Below are positions 30,668-42,934 of a stretch of DNA of 64,000 bases, piece by piece. The stretch's first letter is position 1; each line of letters opens with the position of its first letter. Below the pieces are notes generated by a model, which saw only the letters and a list, made by a program, of their open reading frames with translations, ran no database searches and was not told the origin of the DNA. Made by a program: the position numbers and the translations under genes. The stretch comes from an uncultured virus (IMG/VR IMGVR_UViG_3300008262_006132) (Duplodnaviria; Heunggongvirae; Uroviricota; Caudoviricetes): IMG/VR virus record IMGVR_UViG_3300008262_006132, positions 1 through 64,000 of that record; one strand, given 5' to 3'.

Positions 30668-33600
30668 GTGGCTTTAATTCTTTTCGAAGAACCGGTTCCA
30701 GTAGAGAATGGTGATGTAAACTTTAGAGTAGACTCCAATAATTGGGCAGTTCCTGGTCAATCAGTACTTGTAAGCTATCCAGATGGTAGCTACTTGGGAT
30801 ATTTCATCGTGACTGATGTTTATATACTTGTAGAGCCTGATGGAACTGAGTATTTATATATTACTTGTCGGAATGTCACACTTTATTTTCCAGCAAATCC
30901 TGCTCCTTTATCTCAGATACCTCAGTTTTCAATAATTGGCCCAGGCATGCCTCCAAGTGGACCTCAAGGTGAATCAGGACCTCAAGGTTTACAAGGTCCA
31001 ACAGGTCCACAAGGTCTACAAGGTCCGACCGGTCCACAAGGTCTTCAAGGTCCGACTGGTCCACAAGGTTTACAAGGTCCAACAGGTCCACAAGGTTTGC
31101 AAGGTCCGACCGGTCCACAGGGTCTACAAGGCCCAACAGGTCCACAAGGTTTTCAAGGACCAACTGGTCCACAAGGTCCTCAGGGTCCTACCGGACCACA
31201 AGGTCCTCAAGGTTTACAAGGTCCAACAGGCCCTCAGGGTTTTCAGGGACCAAGTGGTCCACAAGGTCTTCAAGGACCAACCGGTCCAACTGGAGTTCAA
31301 GGTTTTCAAGGACCCTGTTGTGCTGGTCCAACCGGTGCGACTGGTCTTACTTTGACATCCGATTCTTGTTACATTTTTGACTATGATGATTCGACTACTC
31401 AGTCTTATCCAGGTAACGGTAGATTTAGACTTAATAACTCAGATATGGGTTCTGCAAATCAGATGTTTGTTTCTTACCAAGACACAACATCGAATGATTT
31501 GTCTAATTATTTTGAGGCATTAAATAATTATGGCACAACTCTTAGAAGAGGATTTTTGAAAATTCAACTTTCAACAGATCAGTCTTGGTTTCATGTATTT
31601 GAAATAACTGGTACGATTACATCTAGTGGTTCTGGTGTGACTAAATACTATTTAATACCAATTTCAAATATAGTTTCAGATAATGATTTTACTAATAATT
31701 CCAACAGCTATTTGTGTTTTACTCCTGCTGGTAATTCAACTACTGGTCCCCAAGGAGCTACTGGTCCTTCATTAGGACCTGCGGGTGCTCAAGGTCCAAC
31801 TGGTCCACTAGCTAATACAGTAACTGGTCCTCAAGGACCAACAGGCCTGTCAGGAGATGCTGGACCACAAGGTCCAACTGGACCTGCTGGATCCGGTGAT
31901 GGAAATACTGGACCACAAGGACCAACAGGCCTGTCAGGAGATGCTGGACCACAAGGTCCAACTGGACCTGCTGGATCCGGTGATGGGAATACTGGACCTC
32001 AGGGTCCAACCGGTCTATCAGGAGATGTTGGTGCACAAGGTCCAACTGGACCTGCTGGATTAGGTGATGGTAATACTGGGTCTCAAGGACCAACTGGACC
32101 GTTAGGTATGACTGGTTCACAAGGTTCAACTGGTAGCTCTATAACTGGTCCACAAGGATCAACAGGTATAATAGGTCCCCAAGGTCATACAGGACCTCCC
32201 GGTAATCCAGGTGGTGATCAGGGACCAACGGGTTTTCAAGGTAATACAGGAGTTCAAGGTATAACTGGACCATCAGCTACAGGACCGCAGGGTAATACAG
32301 GTATTATTGGTCCTCAAGGTCACACTGGTCCTCCCGGTAATCCTGGTGGAGATCAAGGTCCAACTGGTTTTCAAGGAAACACTGGTGTTCAGGGTCTTAC
32401 TGGACCTCAAGGTTTTACAGGAATCGGTACGACAGGATCTCAAGGATCTACTGGTTCTCAAGGCGCAACTGGTAGTCAAGGTTTAACAGGAACTCAAGGA
32501 GTGACTGGTACTCAAGGTTCTACCGGTATTCAAGGATTGACTGGACCACAAGGTTCTACCGGTTCTCAAGGTCAGACAGGAGCTTCTATAACTGGCCCGC
32601 AAGGAAACACAGGTGTAGGTATACAAGGCCCAACTGGACCTCCCGGTAATCCTGGTGGAGATCAAGGTCCAACAGGTTTTCAAGGTAATACAGGAGTTCA
32701 AGGTATAACGGGACCATCAATAACTGGTAATCAAGGACCTACTGGAATACCTGGTCCTCAAGGTGATACCGGTCCTGCCGGTCCTGCAGGTGGTCCTTCT
32801 GGTCCACAAGGAAACACCGGAATACAAGGTTTGACGGGATTACAAGGTCCAACTGGTTTTCAAGGATTTACTGGTTTACAGGGTCTTACTGGTCCACAAG
32901 GTTTGACTGGACTACAGGGATTAACTGGTCCACAGGGTGTAACTGGAACTCAAGGGTTTACAGGCACACAAGGAATTACTGGATCACAGGGTCCAACTGG
33001 TATTCAGGGTATGACTGGCACAAAGGGAGAAACTGGACCTTCAATAACAGGACCACAAGGTCCAACTGGTGTAGATGGTCTACAAGGTCCAACAGGACCA
33101 CCAAATGGTTTTCAAGGACCAACCGGACTTCAAGGTATGACCGGTCCAAAAGGTGACCCGGGTGGCTTTCAAGGACCAACAGGTCCAGAGGGTTCTACTG
33201 GTGTTCAAGGAACTACAGGTATATCTATAACTGGACCTCAGGGATTTACCGGTAATCAAGGAACAACGGGCTCTCAAGGATTAACTGGTACTCAAGGTAT
33301 AACAGGTTCTCAAGGTTTCACTGGTTCGCAGGGGGTGACAGGGTCTCAAGGATTTACTGGATTTCAAGGAAATACAGGATCTCAGGGAAATACAGGGTCT
33401 CAAGGTGTTACTGGATTTCAAGGTAATACTGGTATTCAAGGACCCACAGGTAATTCTATTACAGGACCACAGGGTGTCACTGGTATAGATGGTAATCAAG
33501 GTCCAACAGGACCTGCTGGTACACCTGGTGGACCTCAAGGATTCACTGGATTTCAAGGACCAACTGGGCCAAAAGGTGATCCGGGAGGTCTTCAGGGACC

Positions 33601-36600
33601 AACTGGAACAACAGGAGTTGATGGTCCAACTGGTACTCAAGGACCAACTGGTAATCAGGGTAATACAGGTCCACAAGGCACAACTGGGAGTCAGGGTATT
33701 ACTGGGCATCAAGGAACTACAGGAAATCAAGGTTCAACTGGTGTTCAAGGTTCTACAGGAATACAAGGACTCACTGGACCGAAAGGTGAAACTGGAACTT
33801 CTGTAACAGGTGCTCAAGGTCCAACTGGTGTTGGTCTTCAGGGTCCAACTGGACCACCGAATGGTTTTCAAGGACCAACTGGCTTCCAAGGTGCAACTGG
33901 TCCTAAGGGTGATCCTGGTGGATTTCAAGGTCCGACTGGACCAACCGGTCCTTCCGCAAATTACTATGTTCAAGAACCACCAGCACCACCGTCACCGGTA
34001 CAAGGTGATAGATGGTATGACTTATCAACGGGTCAAGAATTTGTTTATATAAACGATAATACCAGCTCTCAGTGGGTTACTCCAATTAATTTTTACAATG
34101 GTTCATCTACCGGTGGTAATACAGGTCCGCAAGGAACCACTGGTCCTCAAGGAATCACTGGAAGTCAAGGTCCAACTGGTCCTAGCAGTATCACAATAAC
34201 TGACCCTGCTGGTAGAATATTCTTTAGTAGTGGTAGTTCACTTACAAGCTCAAGTTGTTTAAGTATAAACGTATCAGATCTAAATTTAATTATTGGTTCA
34301 ACTGGTAGTTCTATTCTGGGCTACCTTGGTAACCCAGCCTCTGTCTATTGTAGTCGTAGAAATTCTATAATAAGCAGTTTTGATTCTGAGATTTCTGCTA
34401 TTAGCCGTGGTAACACTATAATTTCTGGTGAGTGTAATAGACAATGTGTTTCATGTAATTCAACAATAATTTCAAGTAAATGTAGTTGCATGGACCCCGC
34501 TGGTGGTATTTTTGGCAATGTACATTTTCACAGTTCGATAATAGCAGGATTCAATAGTTGTATAATAAGTTCTGGAGCAGTTACTGTCAAATATTCGTCA
34601 ATAGTGGGTGATTGTCAGTCTAGAATCCAATCTGGATGCACATCTTTGATAGGTGGGGGTTTTAAAAATGTAATTTGTACTAGTTTACAATCATCAATTC
34701 TTGGTGGATCGTGTAATGTTATTACAAATTCAACTTGTAATAGTTCTATTATAGGCAGTTACAGATCATGTATCAGTTGCTCAAAACAAACTGCAATAAT
34801 TGCAGGTGGAACTGGTAGTTTTATCAATTGTGCAAGTTGTAATTCATCACTTATTGGCGGATATAGAAATACATTAACGGCATCTTGTTTTAGTTCAATT
34901 ATTAGTGGTCAAAGAAACTGTATTAGTAACGGTGCAAACTCTATAATAATTGGTGGTTCTGGAAGTTTTATAAGCTCTACTGCTTCTAATAGTGTTATAG
35001 TAGGTGGTAATTCACTCACTTTAACAGCCTCTAATACCGTACTTGTGCCAAATTTAAGAGTTGCTGGTAATTTAATTCCTAACGCTGATCAGACTTATGA
35101 CCTTGGTGCAACTCCATCTGGAAGATGGAGAGATCTATGGCTTAGTGGTAACACAATATATCTTGGTGATTTAACTATCTCGGCATCTGGTTCATCAGTT
35201 GCAGTTCCAAATCTATTAGTTACCGGTGGCTCGACGTTTAGAGGTAGTCTATCTACAGGAACAGCTTCAGTATTGGGTAATATATCTGCAACTGGTTCAT
35301 TATCAGTAACGAATACAATCACAGCTGGTACTATTTCCGCAACTAACCAGGTAGATTCCAGTTCGTTCAATGCTGCTACTTATAAAATAGCTACTTTTAA
35401 AGCACTTGATGGACCAGCTTTTTCAGCTTATGGAAGTGTAGCTACGACGCTAAATAACGGTGTAGTAACTAAAATAACTTTGGATACTGAGGAATTTGAT
35501 ACTGACAATGTATTCAACACTTCAACATATCGATTCACACCAAATTTAGCTGGATATTATCTGTTCCATGGTCACATAAGTGTTGTCACATACGCATCAA
35601 ACACTAGCTCACAAATTATGTCATTATATAAAAATGGATATGAATATAAAAGAGGAGTTAGAGTTCCTTGCAATACTGCTGGTGTTGGGACCATGATTAG
35701 TGCAATGATTTTCATGGATGGAATCACTGACTATATCGAAATGTATGGTCTACAGAGTTCTGGTGGTAATGTTACAACTGAGACTGGTCAACAATTTGGT
35801 TCATATTTACAAGGTAATTTTGTGAAACCACCAATTTACTTATACGTTTCGGTTCAATATCTAGTCATCGGAGGGGGTGGCGGAGGCGGATGTAACTGGG
35901 GTGGAGGTGGAGGTGGAGGTGCCTTTGTTGAAGGAACTTCTGGATTTGCTAGAGGATTTGTTTATGATATTATTGTTGGAACTGGTGGGGATGGTGCAAC
36001 CACTGCGGGCTCCGGTGGTAATGGTGGTTCATCAACCATAACAGGTGTTAAATATACTCCTAGTACTTTTACTATTGATGCTTCTGGCGGTGGCGGTGGT
36101 GGATATAACATAAGTGGATCAAGTGCAGCTGCAGGAAATTCAAATGGCAACGGGTCTGGTGGTGGTGCTGGGTATCCAGGTTCTGGTGGAACAGTTGCTG
36201 GTGGGTCTGGTGTCAATAACGTAACTATAGAATTTCAAACTGTTAATTCATTCAACAGTGGGGGACAATCACAAGGTTTAAATTCTAGAGCATCTGGTGG
36301 TGGAGGTGGTGCTGGTGCTGTTGGACAAGAAGGTCAAACATCAACCACTGGTGGTAATGGTGGTGCTGGTAAAACAAGTTCAATAACTGGTGCTTCTGTA
36401 TACTATTCAGCTGGAGGTGGAGGCGGTGGTAATGCCGGAACAGTACAATCTTCAGGTGGGACTGGTAATACAGGTGGCAAAGGTGGAAATACAAATGGAG
36501 GCGCTGGTACAAGTGGCGCGGGTGGATATGGTATGGGCGGTGGTGGAGGTGCTACTAATGGTGGCCAAGGTGGTAATGGTAGTAAAGGTGTTGTTATTTT

Positions 36601-36709
36601 ACGTGTTTTAACTTCTCAAAATAGTTCGGGAACTGGCACCTATACAACAACAACTGATGGTCTATACACAATTTTCACATTTACTGGCGATGGCCAGTTT
36701 ATACCCTGA
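30668..36709 (+). CDS. Giant collagen-like fibre protein (collagen repeats, Cys-rich SxIxGG repeats, C1q-like domain, Gly-rich C-terminus)
   Basis: 2013 aa; long Gly-X-Y runs (GPQ/GPT); [37 protein letters not shown]. Confidence 0.9.
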   Translation: MALILFEEPVPVENGDVNFRVDSNNWAVPGQSVLVSYPDGSYLGYFIVTDVYILVEPDGTEYLYITCRNVTLYFPANPAPLSQIPQFSIIGPGMPPSGPQGESGPQGLQGPTGPQGLQGPTGPQGLQGPTGPQGLQGPTGPQGLQGPTGPQGLQGPTGPQGFQGPTGPQGPQGPTGPQGPQGLQGPTGPQGFQGPSGPQGLQGPTGPTGVQGFQGPCCAGPTGATGLTLTSDSCYIFDYDDSTTQSYPGNGRFRLNNSDMGSANQMFVSYQDTTSNDLSNYFEALNNYGTTLRRGFLKIQLSTDQSWFHVFEITGTITSSGSGVTKYYLIPISNIVSDNDFTNNSNSYLCFTPAGNSTTGPQGATGPSLGPAGAQGPTGPLANTVTGPQGPTGLSGDAGPQGPTGPAGSGDGNTGPQGPTGLSGDAGPQGPTGPAGSGDGNTGPQGPTGLSGDVGAQGPTGPAGLGDGNTGSQGPTGPLGMTGSQGSTGSSITGPQGSTGIIGPQGHTGPPGNPGGDQGPTGFQGNTGVQGITGPSATGPQGNTGIIGPQGHTGPPGNPGGDQGPTGFQGNTGVQGLTGPQGFTGIGTTGSQGSTGSQGATGSQGLTGTQGVTGTQGSTGIQGLTGPQGSTGSQGQTGASITGPQGNTGVGIQGPTGPPGNPGGDQGPTGFQGNTGVQGITGPSITGNQGPTGIPGPQGDTGPAGPAGGPSGPQGNTGIQGLTGLQGPTGFQGFTGLQGLTGPQGLTGLQGLTGPQGVTGTQGFTGTQGITGSQGPTGIQGMTGTKGETGPSITGPQGPTGVDGLQGPTGPPNGFQGPTGLQGMTGPKGDPGGFQGPTGPEGSTGVQGTTGISITGPQGFTGNQGTTGSQGLTGTQGITGSQGFTGSQGVTGSQGFTGFQGNTGSQGNTGSQGVTGFQGNTGIQGPTGNSITGPQGVTGIDGNQGPTGPAGTPGGPQGFTGFQGPTGPKGDPGGLQGPTGTTGVDGPTGTQGPTGNQGNTGPQGTTGSQGITGHQGTTGNQGSTGVQGSTGIQGLTGPKGETGTSVTGAQGPTGVGLQGPTGPPNGFQGPTGFQGATGPKGDPGGFQGPTGPTGPSANYYVQEPPAPPSPVQGDRWYDLSTGQEFVYINDNTSSQWVTPINFYNGSSTGGNTGPQGTTGPQGITGSQGPTGPSSITITDPAGRIFFSSGSSLTSSSCLSINVSDLNLIIGSTGSSILGYLGNPASVYCSRRNSIISSFDSEISAISRGNTIISGECNRQCVSCNSTIISSKCSCMDPAGGIFGNVHFHSSIIAGFNSCIISSGAVTVKYSSIVGDCQSRIQSGCTSLIGGGFKNVICTSLQSSILGGSCNVITNSTCNSSIIGSYRSCISCSKQTAIIAGGTGSFINCASCNSSLIGGYRNTLTASCFSSIISGQRNCISNGANSIIIGGSGSFISSTASNSVIVGGNSLTLTASNTVLVPNLRVAGNLIPNADQTYDLGATPSGRWRDLWLSGNTIYLGDLTISASGSSVAVPNLLVTGGSTFRGSLSTGTASVLGNISATGSLSVTNTITAGTISATNQVDSSSFNAATYKIATFKALDGPAFSAYGSVATTLNNGVVTKITLDTEEFDTDNVFNTSTYRFTPNLAGYYLFHGHISVVTYASNTSSQIMSLYKNGYEYKRGVRVPCNTAGVGTMISAMIFMDGITDYIEMYGLQSSGGNVTTETGQQFGSYLQGNFVKPPIYLYVSVQYLVIGGGGGGGCNWGGGGGGGAFVEGTSGFARGFVYDIIVGTGGDGATTAGSGGNGGSSTITGVKYTPSTFTIDASGGGGGGYNISGSSAAAGNSNGNGSGGGAGYPGSGGTVAGGSGVNNVTIEFQTVNSFNSGGQSQGLNSRASGGGGGAGAVGQEGQTSTTGGNGGAGKTSSITGASVYYSAGGGGGGNAGTVQSSGGTGNTGGKGGNTNGGAGTSGAGGYGMGGGGGATNGGQGGNGSKGVVILRVLTSQNSSGTGTYTTTTDGLYTIFTFTGDGQFIP
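31826..32077 (+). repeat. Three tandem 84-nt (28-aa) units within fibre gene 1
   Basis: [28 protein letters not shown]; first two copies near-identical in DNA (offsets 31832 and 31916). Confidence 0.85.
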
Positions 36710-36736
36710 TAAAATAGATAAATAAATAAATAGAAT

Positions 36737-39700
36737 ATGCCAGTAAATTTTCCATCATTTCCCTCAACAAACGAGACCTACACTTTTAGTTCAACAGTGT
36801 GGACATATAATGGATATGCATGGGTTGTATCTTCATCGGCTCAATCAACTGGTGCTACAGGTCCTCAAGGTCCTACTGGACAGGCAGGATCAGGTTCCGG
36901 GGTAACAGGTCCTCAAGGTCCGACTGGTATAGATGGTGTTCAGGGTCCGACTGGACCAGCAGGTGGTGGATCTGGCACAACCGGTCCTCAAGGCCCAACT
37001 GGCCTACAGGGTATAACAGGTCCTCAAGGTTCAACAGGACCGGGTATTTCGGTTGATAGACCATTCACTGAAGTATTCTTTAGTGATGGTAATTTAGGCA
37101 TAACGAGTTCAGAAAACTTCACATTCAATCCAACTTACTCGAACTTAGTTTCCGGACTTTCTAATAGTATAATCGCTGGAGTCTATGGACCTACTGATAG
37201 TATTTCATCAGCTATAATTGGTGGTAAAGAAAATACTATATCTAATAGATCAAGTTATTCTACAATTTTAGGCGGATCTTGTAATTTAATTACTGGTACA
37301 TCCGCTTCATCAGCCGCTTCATCAGCTATAATTGGTGGTAAAGAAAATACTATATCTGATAGATCAAGTTATTCTACAATTTTAGCTGGATCTTGCAATT
37401 TAATTACTGGTACATCCGCGTACGGATTTGTAAGTGGTGTTTGTAATAAAATTATAAACAGTTCAAAATCTCATATAATAGGAGGTGAGAAGAATTCTAT
37501 TTGTAATTACGACGGTCTCTACCAAAATGCTAATCTATTGAATCTTGATAGCTCTTTAATAATTGGAGGATGTCAGAATACAATTATGAACAACAGTTAT
37601 GTTTCAAATTTCTCATCAATTATAGGTGGATTTACAAACTCGATATGTGATTCTCAACGTTCCTCTATCTTATTTTCATCTTGTTCAGTAAATCGTATAT
37701 CCTGTTGTGGTATTATATTAAATTCATATAAATCTATACAATGTTGGGACTGTAACAGTTTAATATTAGGTGGTTCATATAATTGGATTATTGGAAATTA
37801 TCTGGGACAACCAGAATACAACGTAATAGTTGGTGGTAAACATAATTGCATGTTCCAATTTAACTCATATACTGGTTACACCGGAGTCTCTTCCTATAGT
37901 GCTATACTATCATCTACTGGTTCAAGTATCAATTGGTCTATTTCAGGAGTGATTGTAGGTGGATCCGGAAATATTCTTGCAGGTCGACCGTATGACATCA
38001 AAAATCTAACTTCTACAATAATAGGAGGTAGATGTAACATTATTTTGATAGATGCTTTTGCTGCTGGTACATCGTCAGACAATTCAATTATGGGTGGATT
38101 CTGTAACAGAATTGTAAATTCTGATAGAAGTGCAATAATTGGTGGCAGTCAGCTCACCCTCACTCAATCGGATACAGTACTTGTACCTCAATTAAAATTA
38201 AACGAGCCTACAAATTCTGTAATATTATCTGCAACAAATGGGACTTTAAATATTGGAATAGGAACTTACTCTTACAGATTACCAAAGACTGATGGGTTAC
38301 CAGGTCAGTTATTATCAACTGATGGATTGGCATCTTCTGGTGGTACCCTTTCTTGGGTTACTGCTTCTGGTGTTGGTAGTCAGGGAGTGACTGGACCACA
38401 GGGTTTGACAGGTGTTCAAGGTCTAACAGGTCCTCAAGGTTTTACAGGAGATCAAGGTACAACTGGTTCTCAAGGATTTACAGGTAATCAAGGTCTGACT
38501 GGATCACAAGGAACCACTGGTAATCAAGGATTTACAGGTAATCAGGGTGTGACCGGACTACAAGGTTCGACTGGTGTTCAAGGATTTACCGGACCACAAG
38601 GATTTACAGGTAATCAGGGTGTGACCGGACTACAAGGTTCGACTGGTGTTCAAGGATTTACCGGACCACAAGGGTTTACAGGTGATCAAGGATCAACAGG
38701 ACCACAAGGTTTTACTGGTTTACAAGGATTTACTGGTCCACAAGGTCAACCCGGTCAAGCAGCTTCATACTATAATTACAAAGCTAAAACGGCAAGTCAG
38801 AGTGGTGATCCAGGATCAACATATATCCTCTGGAATAATGCTACACAAATAAGTTCAACACAAATAAACATAAGTCACATCAATAGAGATTCAGTGGATA
38901 TAGATTTCTTACTTGCTACAATTATCCCAGGCAACACAATAATAATACAAGCTGATGATAATTCAAATAACTATCAAAAATGGGTAGTTAGTGCCACGAT
39001 TTCAATAATCCCGAACTCTTATGTGCAAATACCAGTTACATTCGTAGAATATGGTGGTACTGGTAATTCATTTAATAATGATGATAATATTATAGTTATA
39101 GTTCAAACAGCTGGTTCTACTGGTCCACAAGGAAGTGTTGGTGTAACTGGACCACAAGGTCAAACTGGTATACAAGGATTTACTGGACCACAAGGTGCTA
39201 CTGGTTCAGGAATTTCAATCACTAGTCCAACTGGTGAAATATTCTTCAGCAGTGGTAGTTCACTAACTAGTTCTAGTTGTTTTAATATAGATTCATCAAG
39301 ACTGAATTTGATTATAGGTTCTACCGGTTCTAGTTTTGACAACACACCAAAAAATAATCGTAGAAACTCAATAATTAGTAGTGGGAATTCAAAAATATGC
39401 TATGGTAGTTGTGAGAGCGGAATCGCTTTTGGTCAGAATAATTTAATATACTCATCTATAAATTCATCAATAATATCAAGTCAAAATAGTTGTATTTGTA
39501 ATCCCTTGTCTAAATTTGTTTATAATAGTTCAATAATTGGAGGAGTAGATCATAAAATTATAGGAGCATCTTTTTTATCTTCTTATTCTTTGATTTTGGG
39601 TGGTACATCCTCAACAATTTGTTCTGCATATAGAACAGTAATAATTGGTGGTGGTGGCAACATAGCTTATGGTACAAATAGATCAGTAATTTCCGGGGGT

Positions 39701-41104
39701 ATTCAAAACACGCAATGTAATGCTTATAACTCGAACATTCTTGGTGGTGGTAGTAATTATATTGGTGTAAAATCCGGTTCCGTTGTATCAAGTTTGATAG
39801 CTGGTGGTTATAAAAATAGAATTTGTGGTGATGATTCCGATAGTGATATAATAATTGGTGGTAGAAGTAACTGTATTTGTAAATCTACTAATTCTGTAAT
39901 AATCGGAGCAAGTGGTAGTGCTATTTGCCAGGGAGCTGTAAATTCAGTGATAATTGGTGGTAATGGTCTTACACTTACAGCTTCAAATACTGTTTTAGTA
40001 CCTAACTTACAAATAGATGGTGTTTTAAATGGTAAGTTTATTAACCAGCAAACAAACACTGGTCCATATTATTTAGCCGAATTTAGAGGTAATGGTGGTG
40101 CGAGATTTAAAATAGGCGTGAGTGATGACTTAAATTTTGGAATAGCGAATGATGTTCTAAATAGCACCGATAATGGTTATGCTGATTACAACCTAAATGC
40201 TAAAGAAATTACCTTTGGAATAAACGACGATCCAGTAGTTGGACCGGGTCTACCAAACGCATTTGTGATTCACAATCAAGGAGCATGGGTTGAAATTACA
40301 TACGGATTAACTGTTAGTCAAGTTTTTAGTGTTAATGGTACAATCGGAAGTAATTTAATTCCTGATATAGATGCCTACTATGATTTAGGAGCAAGTCCTT
40401 CATCTAGATGGAAAGACTTATGGTTAAGTGGAAATACTATCTATTTGGGAGATGCTAAATTAAGCTCAACTGGTTCATCAGTTCAAATAGAAACTCTTTA
40501 TATAGGCACAACTAATCCAGTTCAGATCTCTGCAACTGGTAACTCACTGGTTTTTGGATCAACACAGTCTTATGCACTTCCAAACTACGATGGTGGTCCT
40601 GGTCAAGTTCTTTACACAGACGGACTAGGCCAACTTGGTTGGACTAATTCTGGAGGCGGTGCAGGTACACAAGGCCCAACTGGACCAGCTGGTAATGCCG
40701 GTTCACAGGGTCCAACCGGTCCGCAGGGTCCTACTGGACCAGCGCCAACAACTACCAATTCTTTTGGTATTACAATCGATGGCCAAGGTGGTACAATAAC
40801 AACTGGAGTTAAGGGTTATGTAAGTATACCTTATGATTGTACTATCACAGGATGGACTATAATAGCAAACGCAACAGGATCAGTTGTAATAGACGTATGG
40901 AAGGCGGCAAGTTCAATACCGACTGTTTCGAATAGTATCGCTGGATCTGAGAAACCGACACTATCATCAGCTCAATATAATCAAGATCTTACACTCTCAA
41001 CTTGGACTGTTTCTGTGGATGCTAATGATGTAATTGCGTTCAACGTCGATTCAGCAACTACAGTTTCAAGTGTGTCATTAACTATTGCAGTCAGTAAGAC
41101 ATAA
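36737..41104 (+). CDS. Second collagen-like fibre protein
   Basis: 1455 aa; MPVNFP..WTYNGYAW start, Gly-X-Y runs, SxIIGG repeats, modules shared with fibre 1. Confidence 0.9.
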   Translation: MPVNFPSFPSTNETYTFSSTVWTYNGYAWVVSSSAQSTGATGPQGPTGQAGSGSGVTGPQGPTGIDGVQGPTGPAGGGSGTTGPQGPTGLQGITGPQGSTGPGISVDRPFTEVFFSDGNLGITSSENFTFNPTYSNLVSGLSNSIIAGVYGPTDSISSAIIGGKENTISNRSSYSTILGGSCNLITGTSASSAASSAIIGGKENTISDRSSYSTILAGSCNLITGTSAYGFVSGVCNKIINSSKSHIIGGEKNSICNYDGLYQNANLLNLDSSLIIGGCQNTIMNNSYVSNFSSIIGGFTNSICDSQRSSILFSSCSVNRISCCGIILNSYKSIQCWDCNSLILGGSYNWIIGNYLGQPEYNVIVGGKHNCMFQFNSYTGYTGVSSYSAILSSTGSSINWSISGVIVGGSGNILAGRPYDIKNLTSTIIGGRCNIILIDAFAAGTSSDNSIMGGFCNRIVNSDRSAIIGGSQLTLTQSDTVLVPQLKLNEPTNSVILSATNGTLNIGIGTYSYRLPKTDGLPGQLLSTDGLASSGGTLSWVTASGVGSQGVTGPQGLTGVQGLTGPQGFTGDQGTTGSQGFTGNQGLTGSQGTTGNQGFTGNQGVTGLQGSTGVQGFTGPQGFTGNQGVTGLQGSTGVQGFTGPQGFTGDQGSTGPQGFTGLQGFTGPQGQPGQAASYYNYKAKTASQSGDPGSTYILWNNATQISSTQINISHINRDSVDIDFLLATIIPGNTIIIQADDNSNNYQKWVVSATISIIPNSYVQIPVTFVEYGGTGNSFNNDDNIIVIVQTAGSTGPQGSVGVTGPQGQTGIQGFTGPQGATGSGISITSPTGEIFFSSGSSLTSSSCFNIDSSRLNLIIGSTGSSFDNTPKNNRRNSIISSGNSKICYGSCESGIAFGQNNLIYSSINSSIISSQNSCICNPLSKFVYNSSIIGGVDHKIIGASFLSSYSLILGGTSSTICSAYRTVIIGGGGNIAYGTNRSVISGGIQNTQCNAYNSNILGGGSNYIGVKSGSVVSSLIAGGYKNRICGDDSDSDIIIGGRSNCICKSTNSVIIGASGSAICQGAVNSVIIGGNGLTLTASNTVLVPNLQIDGVLNGKFINQQTNTGPYYLAEFRGNGGARFKIGVSDDLNFGIANDVLNSTDNGYADYNLNAKEITFGINDDPVVGPGLPNAFVIHNQGAWVEITYGLTVSQVFSVNGTIGSNLIPDIDAYYDLGASPSSRWKDLWLSGNTIYLGDAKLSSTGSSVQIETLYIGTTNPVQISATGNSLVFGSTQSYALPNYDGGPGQVLYTDGLGQLGWTNSGGGAGTQGPTGPAGNAGSQGPTGPQGPTGPAPTTTNSFGITIDGQGGTITTGVKGYVSIPYDCTITGWTIIANATGSVVIDVWKAASSIPTVSNSIAGSEKPTLSSAQYNQDLTLSTWTVSVDANDVIAFNVDSATTVSSVSLTIAVSKT
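37204..37419 (+). repeat. Near-identical tandem duplication with 114-nt period
   Basis: SSAIIGGKENTISxRSSYSTILxGSCNLITGTSA at 37204 and 37318. Confidence 0.85.
38525..38668 (+). repeat. Exact 72-nt tandem duplication
   Basis: CAAGGATTTACAGGTAATCAGGGT...TTTACCGGACCA at 38525 and 38597. Confidence 0.85.
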
Positions 41105-41120
41105 AAAATAAATATTAATT

Positions 41121-41360
41121 ATGACTTATAGTATTTTAGAAAGAAGAGAAGAAACTTATCAATCTGAGGCTCAGATTAGCGAGACTGAGACTATTATTAT
41201 GGATCAAACAACTGTTTTCACAACCGTTCAGTATGACTTTGATGGTACAATAGTGACAGTCGAAATTCCACACTTTATGCCAGCAGATGAGGCATATATA
41301 ACTTTAGGTATAGAAAATAGAGCAATAACAGAACAAAGAAAACTCGGGCTTATTCCATAA
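41121..41360 (+). CDS. Small acidic protein in the fibre operon (possible assembly factor)
   Basis: 79 aa between fibre genes; function inferred from position only. Confidence 0.6.
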   Translation: MTYSILERREETYQSEAQISETETIIMDQTTVFTTVQYDFDGTIVTVEIPHFMPADEAYITLGIENRAITEQRKLGLIP

Positions 41361-42931
41361 TGGCAACTATAACTATAAGTAATACAGGTGGAAACTGGAA
41401 TTCTACTTCTACTTGGGTAGGAGGAGTCGTTCCTACAGTAGCGGATGATGTGGTAGCTACTGCAACTTCCGGAAATCTTACTGTGACTGCGACTGCTGCG
41501 GCTTTGAGTATCAACTTCACCAATTACGTTGGGACTTTCGTAGTCAATTCTGGAGTTACTCTTACTATTGGCAACGGCACAACAAATACTGGAGGCACTT
41601 TTACTATGGTAGCTGGAATGAATGTTGGTGCGACTAGTACTGGAACTCTCTCTTTTGCAGCGACAGCAACTTTAAACTCAGGAGGAAAAACCTGGCCAGG
41701 TAATATAACATTAATTGTCAGTCCTAATGTAGGTGGTCAAACTAGAACATTCACTTTAGGTAGTCCCTGGTCAGTCGATGGAAACCTATCAATAACTTTT
41801 GCTGCAACTTCTCAGTTTGTGACCCTAAATTCAAATTCGATGACTGTTCGTGGTAATTTCACCATGGGAACAGCTGCTGCTGTTCATAATTCTGGTTTTA
41901 CTGGTACTACTAATTTGATATTAGGAACCACGACAACCCAGACTGTAACAACTAATATATCCGCGGGAATAGCATTCGTCGATATTTTAGTTCCTGTTAC
42001 TTTCAATTCGAGTGGTACTATAATCATCACTACTCCTTCCTCCAAGTTGCGTTTTGGCGCATTGACATGGACAGCTGGTATTGTAACAACTACTGGAGCC
42101 ACGCTTTACAATGTAGGAAATATTACACTCACTACCGGAGGAATGACCTGGGATTGTGATTGGATTCTTCAAGGTCAAGGTAGAACTTTTACACTAGTAA
42201 GTGATTTTAATGTATCAAGTCTAGGATCTTTAACAACTCGTCAAACACAAAATATGACATTTAATGGAAGTAATATCAATCTAAATTGTAATTATACACA
42301 AGTAGTAGTTACTATAGTTGGTAATTTGATTGGTACTACAGTGATGAATTTACTCGGAAATTCTACAATATCACAATCTGCTGGCCTTTCATTTCGACTT
42401 CCAACTATTATAAACTCAACAGGCACAGTCACATTTACATCAAATTTTAGTCACGGTGCATCACTAACATATACTGCCGGCACATTTTCAATGTCAAACT
42501 CGTTGACTTGGACTAATGTAGCCACTGCCACATATACTTTAAATGCTCCAAATTTTAATTTTCCAAATTTTATATCTACCACCAACGTAACATTCGCAGG
42601 ATCAGAAGGTTGTAATTTCTATTCATATACAGTGACAACTGCGGGAGTAACTAACACACTTCAAATAAATGAGACTTATACAATCCTCTCTGCAATTACT
42701 GTGACCGGGACACTCGCATCAAGAGTATCTTTTGTATCTTCTTCTGCTAATACTAATGCCATATTAACTGTCTTACAAGGTGCTTCTATGGATGTAGGAT
42801 ATGCAAACGCAACAGATATTGACTCGTCTCTTGGTCAGACTATTTGGAGTTACAGAGGAACTTTACTTAGAAGTACTAACTGGCAACAACTTCCAGTTCA
42901 GCCAAAAACAGTCGCTAACTTCAATATATAA
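41360..42931 (+). CDS. Thr-rich beta-solenoid/adhesin-like virion protein, paralog A
   Basis: GGNWNSTSTWVGGVVP start; C-terminus homologous to the next gene. Confidence 0.75.
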   Translation: MATITISNTGGNWNSTSTWVGGVVPTVADDVVATATSGNLTVTATAAALSINFTNYVGTFVVNSGVTLTIGNGTTNTGGTFTMVAGMNVGATSTGTLSFAATATLNSGGKTWPGNITLIVSPNVGGQTRTFTLGSPWSVDGNLSITFAATSQFVTLNSNSMTVRGNFTMGTAAAVHNSGFTGTTNLILGTTTTQTVTTNISAGIAFVDILVPVTFNSSGTIIITTPSSKLRFGALTWTAGIVTTTGATLYNVGNITLTTGGMTWDCDWILQGQGRTFTLVSDFNVSSLGSLTTRQTQNMTFNGSNINLNCNYTQVVVTIVGNLIGTTVMNLLGNSTISQSAGLSFRLPTIINSTGTVTFTSNFSHGASLTYTAGTFSMSNSLTWTNVATATYTLNAPNFNFPNFISTTNVTFAGSEGCNFYSYTVTTAGVTNTLQINETYTILSAITVTGTLASRVSFVSSSANTNAILTVLQGASMDVGYANATDIDSSLGQTIWSYRGTLLRSTNWQQLPVQPKTVANFNI

Positions 42932-42934
42932 ATT

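Noticed and set aside
30959..34180. CRISPR array or DGR repeat pair in the repetitive region
   Set aside because: Repeats are codon-periodic collagen triplets with third-position variation; there is no repeat-spacer structure, adenine-specific variation, cas gene or RT gene.
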